DNA from: a virus
IMG/VR virus record: IMGVR_UViG_3300037294_000405
Span: 64,001 to 128,000 of that record
Length of the DNA: 64,000 nucleotides
Direction: 5' to 3' (one strand)
Positions 41,456 to 52,182 of this stretch are shown here, piece after piece (positions within the stretch are counted from its first letter, which is position 1; each line of letters begins with the position of its first letter). The position numbers and the translations under genes are program-made. The notes beneath the pieces were generated by a model that was given only the letters and a program-made list of their open reading frames with translations, was not told where the DNA came from and did not search any database.

Positions 41456-44455
41456 ATGAGTGATAACATTAAAGTAGCTGGATATGTAAAAAAAGAAACT
41501 TACAACGGTAATATAGAGTATAGAAATTTTAGCCCAGACCTAGTTGGTCTTCAACTAACTAGTGATGAGGCGTTGTTTACTATGGGTAATTTTTCTATCA
41601 CTACAAATATGGACCCTAAAAAAGATAAGTCTTATAATACGGGTAAATTTTCTGATTATTATTCTTTAGAAAACTTAAATTTAACGGTTCAACAAACACA
41701 AACCCTTTTAAATAACAACGCTGGTGTCATATTAAATTTAGATAAAACTAAATTAAAATATTACGCTATGTTTGGTTCTTTGGTTGAATTTGTGCGTGTT
41801 AGTTTAGAAGAAATAATAACTAAATGGCCAGCATCTTTATTTTTATCTCCTTTCATTATTAATGATTTAGGGCAATCAATAGTTGATAACACATATTCTG
41901 ATTATTCTTATGATTTAATTTCTAATTCAGCAACTTTTAAAATAAACACATCATTAATCACCAACAAATTCAATATTAATTATTTAAAAAATGGAACTAT
42001 TGTTAACACATTTAATGAAACAAACGATATTAGAAATTTAACAGTTAACTATGGTTCGTATGTTATATTAAGAGATAATTTAGAATATGATGTGATAGGT
42101 TTTACTGGTTCTACTGAATTAACTAATGATTATATTTATTTTAAAGTTAAAGGTGATGTTTTTTCTGGTCAACAAACAACAATTAATTACCATATAAAAC
42201 CTAGTAAGATAAATGAAGATTTATTTTTCAATGGTTTAAGTAATTTTGAAGGTTATTTATTAAATAGAAAATCATCTCCAAAATATAAAGCAACTTTTAA
42301 TTCACCTATTATTTCAGAACAAGGTATAGTACTTTACGTAGATAAAGATATAATTTGGCCAGTATCTGATGGGTATAATATTGATTTTGATAGTGGTGAA
42401 TATATTGATTATGTTTCACAATTACTAAAAATTTCAGAAGATAATGACTTAAGTAATAGTAATTTAATGAATAGATTCTTAGTGTCTGAGTCTATTTCTG
42501 ATTTTGATACGACTCCAGTTCATTTAGCTGAAGAACATTTGGATACTTCTGGTCAAAAAATTAATAAAACACTTAGCATTTATGGTAGGTCTTTTGATGA
42601 TATAAACACATTTATTTACAGTATTTCATTTGCGAATGTTGTTACTTATAATAAACAAGATAACATGCCAGACAAATACTTAAAAGATTTGGCAAACGTT
42701 TTGGGATGGGATTTAATTTCTTCTATTTTAGAAAATAATTTACTGAAGAATTACGTTAAAACTTCAAAGTCAATATATTCTGGTGAAGAAGTTGGTTTAA
42801 CCGACATTGAAGCTGATGTAGAATTATGGAGAAGAATTATATTAAACTCTCCTTGGATATGGAAATCGAAAGGTGCACGTAAATCTGTTGAGTTTTTACT
42901 TAAATTTATTGGTACACCAAAAGGTTTAATTGAGTTTAATGAGTATGTTTATTTAGCGGATGCACCTATAAATACTGAACTTTTCCAAAAAATATTAGAG
43001 TTAAATAATTTAGATAATGATTTGAGTCTTTATCCAATAGATAATGATGGGTACCCTAAATTTTTCGAAGATAACCCAAACATGTATTTCCAATCCGATG
43101 GTCTTTGGTATAGGGAAACTGGTGGAAGCGGTTCAACAATAGATATTCTAAACGGAAATAACCCACACGCTGGCCCATACGATGGTGGTAGTAAATACAT
43201 CAATCAATTAAGAAAACTTATACCTAATTTTTCGGCAGTAACTATTACTGCTGAAACAGTATCTAGTGGGTCAACTAATTTGTTTATTAATTATGATTTA
43301 GGTCAAATTACTGATTATGTTGGTGATACTTATGTGGATGTTATTAACACTGATGGTACAAACTTAAGTGATTGTATTGTATATACTGCCGAAATAGTAA
43401 AAGACCCAATACCAGAAGATGTTTTAACAGCTTGTGGTTGTCCACGTGGTTTAGGTGATGATGCTTTGAGTGTTTGTGTTAAGAAAATAGAAAAACCACA
43501 ACCAAAACCATGTAGTGGGTTTATTTTCACACCAAAAAAAAATACCGATACAGGTTATTATGTTTTCAGTTATTACCAATATAACCAAGATGGTTCAGTG
43601 TTCGAATCAAATGGTCAACCCATAATTAGAACGTCTAATTTTACTGACAGAGAATGTTGTAAAGCACTAAACGGAAAATCAGTATATAGTGAATTTGTCG
43701 ACCCAATAACTAATAATGTGGAAAGCGGTTATGTTTGTTGTTTTAGTGAAAAATGTGGGTGTAGTACATCATGTAATTGGGTGTTAAATAATGAACCATT
43801 ATATTTAGATAACAACGCTTTTTTATCGTTTATAACTCTTTACGGTGCTGGAGTAAACAAAGTGACTTTACCAGACGCATCAGCTTGCCCAGTTGGATGG
43901 ACAACACCTGTGACAAATATAGTGGACCCATTTACAAATGAAATAGGTGTTGGTTGTAAATTAACAACATATGGTTTACAAAATTACCAAACATTAGTAA
44001 CTTTATTTGCGAATAGAGCTGATAAGGGTGATTGTTGTAATTTTAATTGGCCAACATTATCAGCACCATCTATTGTTTATAGAATATATTCTAAGGTAGT
44101 TTATCCTAACAAAGATAATTCACAAATGATGGTTTATGAGTTTAACAACGCAACAATAGAACAAGTTAAGTGTGTAACGTTAAATTATGGAACATTATAT
44201 GTTAGTAGCGGTATAATCGGTCAAACTCCATTACCATGGAGTTTTACACCAATTACTGTGGGTACACAATTATATGTTTCAAACACTTTAGGTGCTGCAC
44301 CATATAATACATTAAACGGTAACTTTTCAATAGATGTTACTAGTGTAAATAGTACAATAAATACTGGTTTACAATTAAACCAAAAATACGTTATTCAAGT
44401 TAATAACGGTGTGGTTACAAACATTATTAATTTTAATACGCTACCAGCGTGTTAA
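41456..44455 (+). CDS. Baseplate wedge protein, gp7/P2 gpI-like, with Cys-rich C-terminus
   Basis: DNMPDKYLKDLANVLGW...LWRRIILN...WKSKGARKSVEFLL. Confidence 0.6.
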   Translation: MSDNIKVAGYVKKETYNGNIEYRNFSPDLVGLQLTSDEALFTMGNFSITTNMDPKKDKSYNTGKFSDYYSLENLNLTVQQTQTLLNNNAGVILNLDKTKLKYYAMFGSLVEFVRVSLEEIITKWPASLFLSPFIINDLGQSIVDNTYSDYSYDLISNSATFKINTSLITNKFNINYLKNGTIVNTFNETNDIRNLTVNYGSYVILRDNLEYDVIGFTGSTELTNDYIYFKVKGDVFSGQQTTINYHIKPSKINEDLFFNGLSNFEGYLLNRKSSPKYKATFNSPIISEQGIVLYVDKDIIWPVSDGYNIDFDSGEYIDYVSQLLKISEDNDLSNSNLMNRFLVSESISDFDTTPVHLAEEHLDTSGQKINKTLSIYGRSFDDINTFIYSISFANVVTYNKQDNMPDKYLKDLANVLGWDLISSILENNLLKNYVKTSKSIYSGEEVGLTDIEADVELWRRIILNSPWIWKSKGARKSVEFLLKFIGTPKGLIEFNEYVYLADAPINTELFQKILELNNLDNDLSLYPIDNDGYPKFFEDNPNMYFQSDGLWYRETGGSGSTIDILNGNNPHAGPYDGGSKYINQLRKLIPNFSAVTITAETVSSGSTNLFINYDLGQITDYVGDTYVDVINTDGTNLSDCIVYTAEIVKDPIPEDVLTACGCPRGLGDDALSVCVKKIEKPQPKPCSGFIFTPKKNTDTGYYVFSYYQYNQDGSVFESNGQPIIRTSNFTDRECCKALNGKSVYSEFVDPITNNVESGYVCCFSEKCGCSTSCNWVLNNEPLYLDNNAFLSFITLYGAGVNKVTLPDASACPVGWTTPVTNIVDPFTNEIGVGCKLTTYGLQNYQTLVTLFANRADKGDCCNFNWPTLSAPSIVYRIYSKVVYPNKDNSQMMVYEFNNATIEQVKCVTLNYGTLYVSSGIIGQTPLPWSFTPITVGTQLYVSNTLGAAPYNTLNGNFSIDVTSVNSTINTGLQLNQKYVIQVNNGVVTNIINFNTLPAC

Positions 44456-44490
44456 AAAAAAATTAAAGAATATTTATAATAAAAAATAAA

Positions 44491-47112
44491 ATGGGAATAA
44501 ACCTAACAGATATAATCAGAGGGTGTAATGTATTTTGGAGTTCCGTTATAGCGCAAAATGGTTTGGTTAAAAATACAGACGGCACTATTTCTGTATATTT
44601 ACCCAATAGTAATGGTGCACCATCACCAACATATGTATCGCAACAATGTTGTAGTGTTTTGGCTGAAATAACAAGCGAACCATATTATTATGATTTAGAC
44701 GCTCAAAAATGTAGATGGTCTGATAAGTCTAGTATAGATTGTGCGGATAACCAACCAATTAAAATAGTCTTAAATCCAAAGGGTAATGACGGAACTATTT
44801 TCTATCTTCAAGATAATGAAAAATGTTCTTTGGTTGTCGATTTTGATTATTTGTTTAAACTAGACTGCGAAATGCTTAGTAAAGTATTATCACAAACTAG
44901 TGTTAGTAACCCAATTTTACACAACCAAATTTTTATATTACAACAACAAATTGATGAACAAACAGTTAGGTGTGAGGAGATAAACACGCAGTTACTTTAT
45001 TTGCTAGACCAATATGATAAAACAAGTTATTCGATAACATGCGATAGATTCCCATCTATGGCAATCATTGATTTGGAAGCAATCGAATATTTGCCAAGTG
45101 AAATTATAAAACCAACACAAACACAAAAAGAGCCTTTTACTAGAACTGGGTTTAACGGAGGGTTAGCACCTTTTTCTTTTCCTAGGATAAAACACACTAG
45201 TGTTAATTTTTGTTTAACAACTGAGGGTCTTACTATTTGGCAAAATATTTTGGGTCCTAATAAATACCAACAGTTTTTAAATGGTGACCCATCATCTTAT
45301 ACATGCGAAGATGTCATCAATATATACAATCAAAATCAAACATTATTATCAATAACCAGAAACGTTAACCCACTTATTTTAGAATGTACAACGCTTTTTG
45401 GTACTAAAACAGAAATTAAAAATAAAATAGATGCACTTGTAGTTAAACAAACTGAATGTAATGATTTATTGCTAACCTTACAAACAGAATTGGATAATTT
45501 ACTAACGCAGCAACAAGACTTAACTGTTAGTTGTAGTACACCGATTGGTGTTATGGAAAATTTAAGTGTTTCTATGAGTATAGATATTGTCGATGATGAC
45601 GGTAATCTAACAACAGCTTATGAAGATAATTTTTTTCCATCTATAGGTGCTGGTAATTTATATAATTATTTAACTTCCAACCCAACAAATAGTGGTTTCT
45701 TTGTTTGTGGTGAACCTAGCGCTAACGAATCTTGGGCTACTGGGTGCACACCATTAAGTTACCCAGAATTATCACCACAAATTCAAGGTGATAATGTTAT
45801 TGATGGTCAAACAAACGTTTCAAACTGTTTAAGGATTAGAGATTACATTTTACAAGAGTTATTTAACCAATCTGAATTGGGTGGACAAACAAATGGCCAA
45901 TCAGTGTTTAATAATTCATTATCGCCAACAATATTATCTTCTTCGTGGTTACAATACACCAATTTTATTGATGATGTTGACGTAATTAATATGATTACCA
46001 ACAAAAAAATTAAGTTAAGTCTTAATATTAATAGTAGTTGTGGTGATTTTTGTGTTATGATTGATAGGATTTCGTTAACAAAACAATGTGTTGATGTTGA
46101 CGGTACTAATCTGTTTATCAGTCAATCACCAGGTTTTAATATAACTAGAGTTGTCGACAATAAAAAATCTTGGGTGAATAACACAGATTTAGTAAATAGA
46201 GAATTTGATATTAAAAACGTTAGTGGTTTTAATAGTATTAGACAAACAGATTATGATGTATTTGATGAAAGATTGGTAATCAACACCAAAGAAATTGATT
46301 TAGATATGAATATCGCTTCTGCGGTGGAACATGATGTTTGGTGTTATTTATCAGATAACCCATGTTTATTGACTGGTGTAACATATTGTGACCCATGCGT
46401 TCTTTGTGGTGATAAAACTTTTCAAGATGACGAATGTTTTAATTTTCAAGATTCTAACGTTTATGATTTTATGGACAGCACGTCAAATAATATCCAATTA
46501 TTTTCACAATCATATTGTTGTGGTGACAACCAAATAGATTTTACTAGTTTGTTTACAACTGATTTATCAACAATTAAAACAATTGATAAATTCCAAAATT
46601 TATTGGTTTCCGAATTAATAAATGTTAAAAACAGACAAACAATATCTGGGTATCCAACACTTAAAGCACTATACGAAAGATACTTAAATAGTTTAGATTA
46701 TTGTATTACAAAAAGTTCTGCTTTTGACTATTATACAATGGACCAATTTGCTAATCTTATAGGTGATTATTGGGTTGATGTAATCGAACAAGTTATTCCA
46801 GCGACAACAATTTGGGGTAGTGTTAAAATTTATACCAATACAATATTTGACCAACAGAAGTTTAAATATAAACAATATTCCTCATTATTCGGTAGTAACC
46901 CTTTTGAATATTTAAACGTATTAAGTCCGATAAATGGAGTTTCTGGTCAGTGTCAAAACATCGATGTTGTTACAAGTGTTATTTCAACACCAAAAGAAGG
47001 TGAGTTAAGACCAAAACCAGTATATAATCATTTAGATAAACTTTGTGTTTCGCAGATGAATTGGGGTTCTGAATTTATAGGTAGCGTGGCTATTATAGAG
47101 ATTAAAGATTAA
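44491..47112 (+). CDS. Cys-rich putative baseplate protein
   Basis: 873 aa; TATTTATA at 44471; coiled-coil segments; C-terminal WVDVIEQVIPATT. Confidence 0.6.
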   Translation: MGINLTDIIRGCNVFWSSVIAQNGLVKNTDGTISVYLPNSNGAPSPTYVSQQCCSVLAEITSEPYYYDLDAQKCRWSDKSSIDCADNQPIKIVLNPKGNDGTIFYLQDNEKCSLVVDFDYLFKLDCEMLSKVLSQTSVSNPILHNQIFILQQQIDEQTVRCEEINTQLLYLLDQYDKTSYSITCDRFPSMAIIDLEAIEYLPSEIIKPTQTQKEPFTRTGFNGGLAPFSFPRIKHTSVNFCLTTEGLTIWQNILGPNKYQQFLNGDPSSYTCEDVINIYNQNQTLLSITRNVNPLILECTTLFGTKTEIKNKIDALVVKQTECNDLLLTLQTELDNLLTQQQDLTVSCSTPIGVMENLSVSMSIDIVDDDGNLTTAYEDNFFPSIGAGNLYNYLTSNPTNSGFFVCGEPSANESWATGCTPLSYPELSPQIQGDNVIDGQTNVSNCLRIRDYILQELFNQSELGGQTNGQSVFNNSLSPTILSSSWLQYTNFIDDVDVINMITNKKIKLSLNINSSCGDFCVMIDRISLTKQCVDVDGTNLFISQSPGFNITRVVDNKKSWVNNTDLVNREFDIKNVSGFNSIRQTDYDVFDERLVINTKEIDLDMNIASAVEHDVWCYLSDNPCLLTGVTYCDPCVLCGDKTFQDDECFNFQDSNVYDFMDSTSNNIQLFSQSYCCGDNQIDFTSLFTTDLSTIKTIDKFQNLLVSELINVKNRQTISGYPTLKALYERYLNSLDYCITKSSAFDYYTMDQFANLIGDYWVDVIEQVIPATTIWGSVKIYTNTIFDQQKFKYKQYSSLFGSNPFEYLNVLSPINGVSGQCQNIDVVTSVISTPKEGELRPKPVYNHLDKLCVSQMNWGSEFIGSVAIIEIKD

Positions 47113-47211
47113 TAAAAAAATAAATTTAAAAACAAATGTGTTTTTAATTAAATGAAATAAAGACCTTGTTTCAATAAAATAATATATTTATATATAAAAG
47201 AAAAGAAAAAA

Positions 47212-48312
47212 ATGAAATTAACTAGTAGAAACATAGCCCCTTCAGTTGGTTTGGACGATATTCTCCACATCGTTTTGGTAAACGACCAATCACAAGACCC
47301 TTACGGTAGTTCTTATAAAGCTACGGTTCAACAACTTTTGAACAATATAGCTTTACCCACTGACGTAACAGTTACTGGCGGTACTTATAATTCTGGGATA
47401 GCAACATTCGCCAATAACACAGGTGGTACGTTTAATGTAACAGGTTTTTTAACTGGTGATAGTCTTTGGGAAGTTGGTTCAACGGGTGTCGCCTCAATCA
47501 AAGCCATTAATGGTACTGGATTAGATGCGACAGGTGATTATGCAGTTGCTGAAGGTAATGGGACACAAGCTAATGGTGAAGCATCACACGCTGAAGGTTT
47601 TGAATCGGTAGCTGTTGGGAGCGCATCACACGCTGAAGGTAATGGGGCACAAGCTAATGGTGAAGCATCACACGCTGAAGGTGATACAACACAAGCTAAT
47701 GGTAATTATTCACACGCTGAAGGTATATACACACTAGCTAATGGTGAAGCATCACACGCTGAAGGTGATACAACACAAGCTAATGGTAATTATTCACACG
47801 CTGAAGGTATATACACACTAGCTAGTGGTAATGGTTCACATGCCGAAGGTGGTAATTTCATTCTAGGTATTTTCCCAACACCAAATGTTTGGATATCTGG
47901 AGGTACAGCTTCTGGTAGTGGCTCTCACGCTGAGGGGTTAGGAACTAAAGCTAGTGGTATATCTAGTCACGCTGAAGGCTTTGGGGCGATAGCTGGTGGT
48001 GATGCATCACATGCTGAAGGTACTGGCACAATGGCAATGGGTATTTCATCACATGCTGGTGGTATTGAAAGCATTGCTAGTGGTAGTTATTCATTTGTTC
48101 ATGGTTATGGTTCAACGGCTAGTCATGTTAATACGATTGTTTTAGGTGCCGAAATTAATAGTACTGTGGATAATGCAACATATGTTGATAGATTAAGTAT
48201 TAAAACATACGGACCATACGATGATGACGCTCAAGCTGATGCAGATACATCGATGCCTTCTGGTGGTCTTTATTTGTTAATAGGTTCTAGAGCAGTTTAT
48301 CTAAAACCATAA
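47212..48312 (+). CDS. Tail fibre/adhesin with YadA-head-like 14-aa SHAEG repeats
   Basis: About a dozen A.G..SHAEG..T. repeats. Confidence 0.75.
   Translation: MKLTSRNIAPSVGLDDILHIVLVNDQSQDPYGSSYKATVQQLLNNIALPTDVTVTGGTYNSGIATFANNTGGTFNVTGFLTGDSLWEVGSTGVASIKAINGTGLDATGDYAVAEGNGTQANGEASHAEGFESVAVGSASHAEGNGAQANGEASHAEGDTTQANGNYSHAEGIYTLANGEASHAEGDTTQANGNYSHAEGIYTLASGNGSHAEGGNFILGIFPTPNVWISGGTASGSGSHAEGLGTKASGISSHAEGFGAIAGGDASHAEGTGTMAMGISSHAGGIESIASGSYSFVHGYGSTASHVNTIVLGAEINSTVDNATYVDRLSIKTYGPYDDDAQADADTSMPSGGLYLLIGSRAVYLKP
47653..47824. repeat. Exact 84-bp tandem duplication in the fibre gene
   Basis: 47653-47736 is repeated at 47737-47820. Confidence 0.9.
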
Positions 48313-48316
48313 TATT

Positions 48317-48559
48317 ATGCCTAAATTAATCAAAAACATACAAGGTGAAGTGTTAACGAATGTTATAGATAATATTAGTTATATTTCCACAATTACAGGT
48401 GAGATACAACAAGAAGATTTCATTAACTTGAACGGTTTTGTTGCGTATTTACAGAATTTAACAAAAGCAGAAGAAACAACTGCTTTGACTATTCCACAAT
48501 CTTTTGGTTTACAGAATAGTTATAATAAAACAATGATTACACTAGAAATAAATTACTAA
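48317..48559 (+). CDS. Hypothetical protein
   Basis: 80 aa, TAATG coupling to next gene. Confidence 0.65.
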   Translation: MPKLIKNIQGEVLTNVIDNISYISTITGEIQQEDFINLNGFVAYLQNLTKAEETTALTIPQSFGLQNSYNKTMITLEINY

Positions 48560-49989
48560 TGAGATATCAAGAACCAATATACATTCAAAATGAAAACGGT
48601 GCGGTAAGAAACAAAGATATTCTGAATGTCAACATGAGTTCAGATATTTGTGTTTTTCAAAGCCCACAATATTCACTTAGTGGTGCATCTAAAATAGATT
48701 GTTCTGGTTCAACTAGCGGCACTTCTTATATTATTACTGCTACGATACAAAATATTCCTCTAACTTTTGATTTTACTGCGAACACTATTTCATTTATTGA
48801 TACTGGTGCTTTGTTTAGGTTTGAGGTTTATAAATATTCAGATATTTTTAGTGGGTTTAGTTCAACACCTGTATATAAATCAGAAACACTAAATTATTCG
48901 ACATTTAGCGCTACTAATATGACTACACAATATGTTCCATCTAGTGGTTTAACTCTTGATGGTGAATACATAATTAAACCATATTATTCTTTTGGTGTAT
49001 GTACTGATTTTTTGAGTAAATTAAACAAAACTGTCGACACATCGACATTCATTTCTGGAACAGAATACGGTATTTATGACAAAGAATTTGATTATTATTT
49101 TATGGCGATGAAACAAGCCGAAATACCTGTTTTAACACAAAATAGTAGTAATTCAGCTGAAATAGGTCAATTAACACAACAAGTAATTATACCTAGTGAT
49201 GGGCAAGTAACCTTTAATATTCAAAACGGTGTTATTGGTGATTTTGTTGTTACGTTAAACGGTTTGGTGTTAGCTTTAGGTGAAGATTATTCTTTTTCTG
49301 GTAATGTAGTATATTTGAGTGGTGAAACTTTTTCTGACGACATAATTACAGCTATTTATTCAACTAGTGGTGGTTACAATATGGTAAGTGATAACATAAA
49401 TATAAAAACACCTATTGTGAGTGGTTTTACTGATAGTCAAGGTTCTAATGATGTTTATTTTAACACAAACACTGATAAATACGAAATATATGCTTCAATT
49501 ACACCACAGGATGGTGGTAGTGTTATAGTGATGTTAAATGGAGCTACGTTAGCAAATAATATAGACTATTTCCAATCAATTACTAACCCAAAAAGAATTA
49601 TCCTTCAAGGTACGTTGATAGTTAACGATATTATAACAATAGTGTATTTTCCTAGAGCCACCTCTTCTATGGGTTTAAATACAAACACACCAATTGTATC
49701 TTGGGGTATAAACGAATCACCAACGATTCAAAATGGTTATTTTACCCTAGAGGTATCGACTGGTGATACATTTAATTCATTATATTATAGTGGTATTACG
49801 GATTATCAAGTCGGTGTTAGTTATTATAGTCAAGGTTTCGTTGCTGATGGAACAGTAGGTACTACTTTATACTATAGAGTAAAAAATGAAAAAAATTACA
49901 TAACTATTTGTGGTGATAACGTTAACAGTACATCGTATAGTGAAATAATTCCAGTGATAATTCAAAGTAATTCGATAAATTCGTATTAA
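48559..49989 (+). CDS. Putative tail/baseplate structural protein
   Basis: Two V.LNG..L....DY beta repeats and an FN3-like terminus (TTLYYRVKN). Confidence 0.6.
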   Translation: MRYQEPIYIQNENGAVRNKDILNVNMSSDICVFQSPQYSLSGASKIDCSGSTSGTSYIITATIQNIPLTFDFTANTISFIDTGALFRFEVYKYSDIFSGFSSTPVYKSETLNYSTFSATNMTTQYVPSSGLTLDGEYIIKPYYSFGVCTDFLSKLNKTVDTSTFISGTEYGIYDKEFDYYFMAMKQAEIPVLTQNSSNSAEIGQLTQQVIIPSDGQVTFNIQNGVIGDFVVTLNGLVLALGEDYSFSGNVVYLSGETFSDDIITAIYSTSGGYNMVSDNINIKTPIVSGFTDSQGSNDVYFNTNTDKYEIYASITPQDGGSVIVMLNGATLANNIDYFQSITNPKRIILQGTLIVNDIITIVYFPRATSSMGLNTNTPIVSWGINESPTIQNGYFTLEVSTGDTFNSLYYSGITDYQVGVSYYSQGFVADGTVGTTLYYRVKNEKNYITICGDNVNSTSYSEIIPVIIQSNSINSY

Positions 49990-50045
49990 TATTATTTACT
50001 ATTGGATATTTATAAGTAAAATAAAGAAAAAGATATTTATAAAAT

Positions 50046-52181
50046 ATGAGTTACATAATTAAAAACACAAGTCCGTTTGTTAGCATAAAGTTAACACAAA
50101 AAGGACGTGAGCAATTGGCCCAAGGTAAATTAAATTTTAATTACTGGGCAATTGGAGATTCTGAAATTAACTACAATAGAGAAGCTATTGTGGACGCAAA
50201 CCCTACTGACGTAACATTATCAGCAACTAGTGCTGTGTTTAGACCATTTGATAAACAACCAAATATAAAAACATTTATCACACCAAACGGTACCATCGAC
50301 CCATTTCAAACGGTTAATGGTTCGGTTTTAAATGTTGTCAAAGCGATTGTTAATAATGAAGCTGATGAAAGAGGGTTTTTTCAACGTTCTGGTTCAACAT
50401 TTACAACACTTACTGATTCAACTTATACTCTATTCTCAACAAACTTATCAAATTCAGTGTTTACTGGTGGTACTAGTTTTAACATTACAAGTACGGATAT
50501 AAATGTTGGTGATGTTATTTTAATCAAATTAGTGAATGACACAATTGGTAACATTATTAATAATGAAAACAGTAGAGCACTTCCAAATCTTTGGTTTAAA
50601 GTTCAAGCAACTGGAATTGGGTATGTTACTGTAGATAGAAACTTACCAAATTTATCTGCTCAAACTGCATCAAGCCAAGTTATTGTTTATAGAGGTGGTG
50701 AGGTTTACGAAACTATAGCTACTGGAACAACAACGGCTTATTGGGATTCTGGTACTTTATCTTTTGATTCAAACGTAAATGTTACGTGTCAAGATGTCCC
50801 AGTTTGGAATATGAATAATGTTTGGTGTGAAGATATTGCTGGTGTTACTGGTTTGTCTACTACTAACTTATACGAAAACTACACTAAGTTTGGTTCGTAT
50901 AGATATTTAGGCGCTAAAAACCCTTATATGGAATATCTTTGTCAATCAACTGGTCAAACTCTAACATTTAATTGTAACGGTCCAGGTGTAAGTTATCCAG
51001 ATGATGTGGTTAAATCTATTTCTATTATTCACTACACAAATAATACTATATCTAATTTATATGGTGAATTCTTTTACACTGATTCAGTATCTGGTAAGTA
51101 TTTGAGTTTGCATATGCCAGATTTAATGTATCATAGGCATTCTGGTACTACTGGTAGTGGAACATCTATGGGTATGACATTTATAGCTACAGGTGCAACA
51201 CAAGTAATGACTAATAGTGATATAGAATATATTGATTTAATTGAAGACCCTACACTAATCGCTTTGGCATCGACACCTAAAGTTGTTGGTAGAATTTACC
51301 CGCAATTAAAAACATGTGTTATTCATGACGATGAAATTGTTGCGGCAACTTCTTATAAATCAAACAGAAACTGGACACTCCCAGAATTAGCTGCAACATT
51401 ACAAGCACCTACTGGTGGTACATCTAATGGTGTATTAGCCATTAACGATACAATGTATTTAACGTACATTTTAGAAAACACTACAGGTACTGGTTTAACG
51501 ACTTCTATGTCTTGCCAAGAATATATCAAAATAACAAATAATACTTCATCTGCTAAAGATGTTGCATTTAGAATCAACGAAACTGATTTATTACCTTACA
51601 TGCGTAAATTAGAATCTGGTTATGATGGTTACGGTTTTTATGCTGATAAATTCACATTAGTTTATCAAATGGTACAAGACCCAACTGACCGTCCAGACCC
51701 AGGAGCGTGGAAAGCTTTTGATTTTACAACAACAGCAATTACTGGTGGTGCTGGTGAAACTATTGACCCTAAATTATTAGAAGGTCAAACACCAACAACG
51801 ACTGGGTTTATTATTGATAAATTAAAAGACTTGTCAGCAACAACATTTAGTCTTATCGCTGCGTTAAATTTACCAGCAAACACACAACCAGAAGAATTAC
51901 AATTCGGTGATGAAAGATTCTTTTACGGAAATTTAACAACATTCATCGGTGCAACAATATACAAAACAATCTTCGATATTAGAGTTGACGCTAGCCTGTT
52001 TAATACGACTACTAACCCAACTAGAAGCAAAGATTTGTTAACAAACCCACCAAATATTAAAATTACTGAGGTAGGAATTTACGATACGGATAAAAATCTT
52101 GTATGTATTGGTAAATTATCTAATCCAGTTCCTTTGGTTGGTGGTAATATAATAATGATTGAATTATCAATGGACTTTTAA
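50046..52181 (+). CDS. Baseplate/tail-fibre attachment protein
   Basis: N-terminal KLTQKGREQLA...GDSEINY, C-terminal ITEVGIYD...LVCIGKLSNPV. Confidence 0.6.
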   Translation: MSYIIKNTSPFVSIKLTQKGREQLAQGKLNFNYWAIGDSEINYNREAIVDANPTDVTLSATSAVFRPFDKQPNIKTFITPNGTIDPFQTVNGSVLNVVKAIVNNEADERGFFQRSGSTFTTLTDSTYTLFSTNLSNSVFTGGTSFNITSTDINVGDVILIKLVNDTIGNIINNENSRALPNLWFKVQATGIGYVTVDRNLPNLSAQTASSQVIVYRGGEVYETIATGTTTAYWDSGTLSFDSNVNVTCQDVPVWNMNNVWCEDIAGVTGLSTTNLYENYTKFGSYRYLGAKNPYMEYLCQSTGQTLTFNCNGPGVSYPDDVVKSISIIHYTNNTISNLYGEFFYTDSVSGKYLSLHMPDLMYHRHSGTTGSGTSMGMTFIATGATQVMTNSDIEYIDLIEDPTLIALASTPKVVGRIYPQLKTCVIHDDEIVAATSYKSNRNWTLPELAATLQAPTGGTSNGVLAINDTMYLTYILENTTGTGLTTSMSCQEYIKITNNTSSAKDVAFRINETDLLPYMRKLESGYDGYGFYADKFTLVYQMVQDPTDRPDPGAWKAFDFTTTAITGGAGETIDPKLLEGQTPTTTGFIIDKLKDLSATTFSLIAALNLPANTQPEELQFGDERFFYGNLTTFIGATIYKTIFDIRVDASLFNTTTNPTRSKDLLTNPPNIKITEVGIYDTDKNLVCIGKLSNPVPLVGGNIIMIELSMDF

Positions 52182-52182
52182 T

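Noticed and set aside
47560-48060. Regularly spaced CACGCTGAAGG repeats resembling a CRISPR array
   Set aside because: 42-nt period in frame, encoding SHAEG protein repeats; no unique spacers or cas genes
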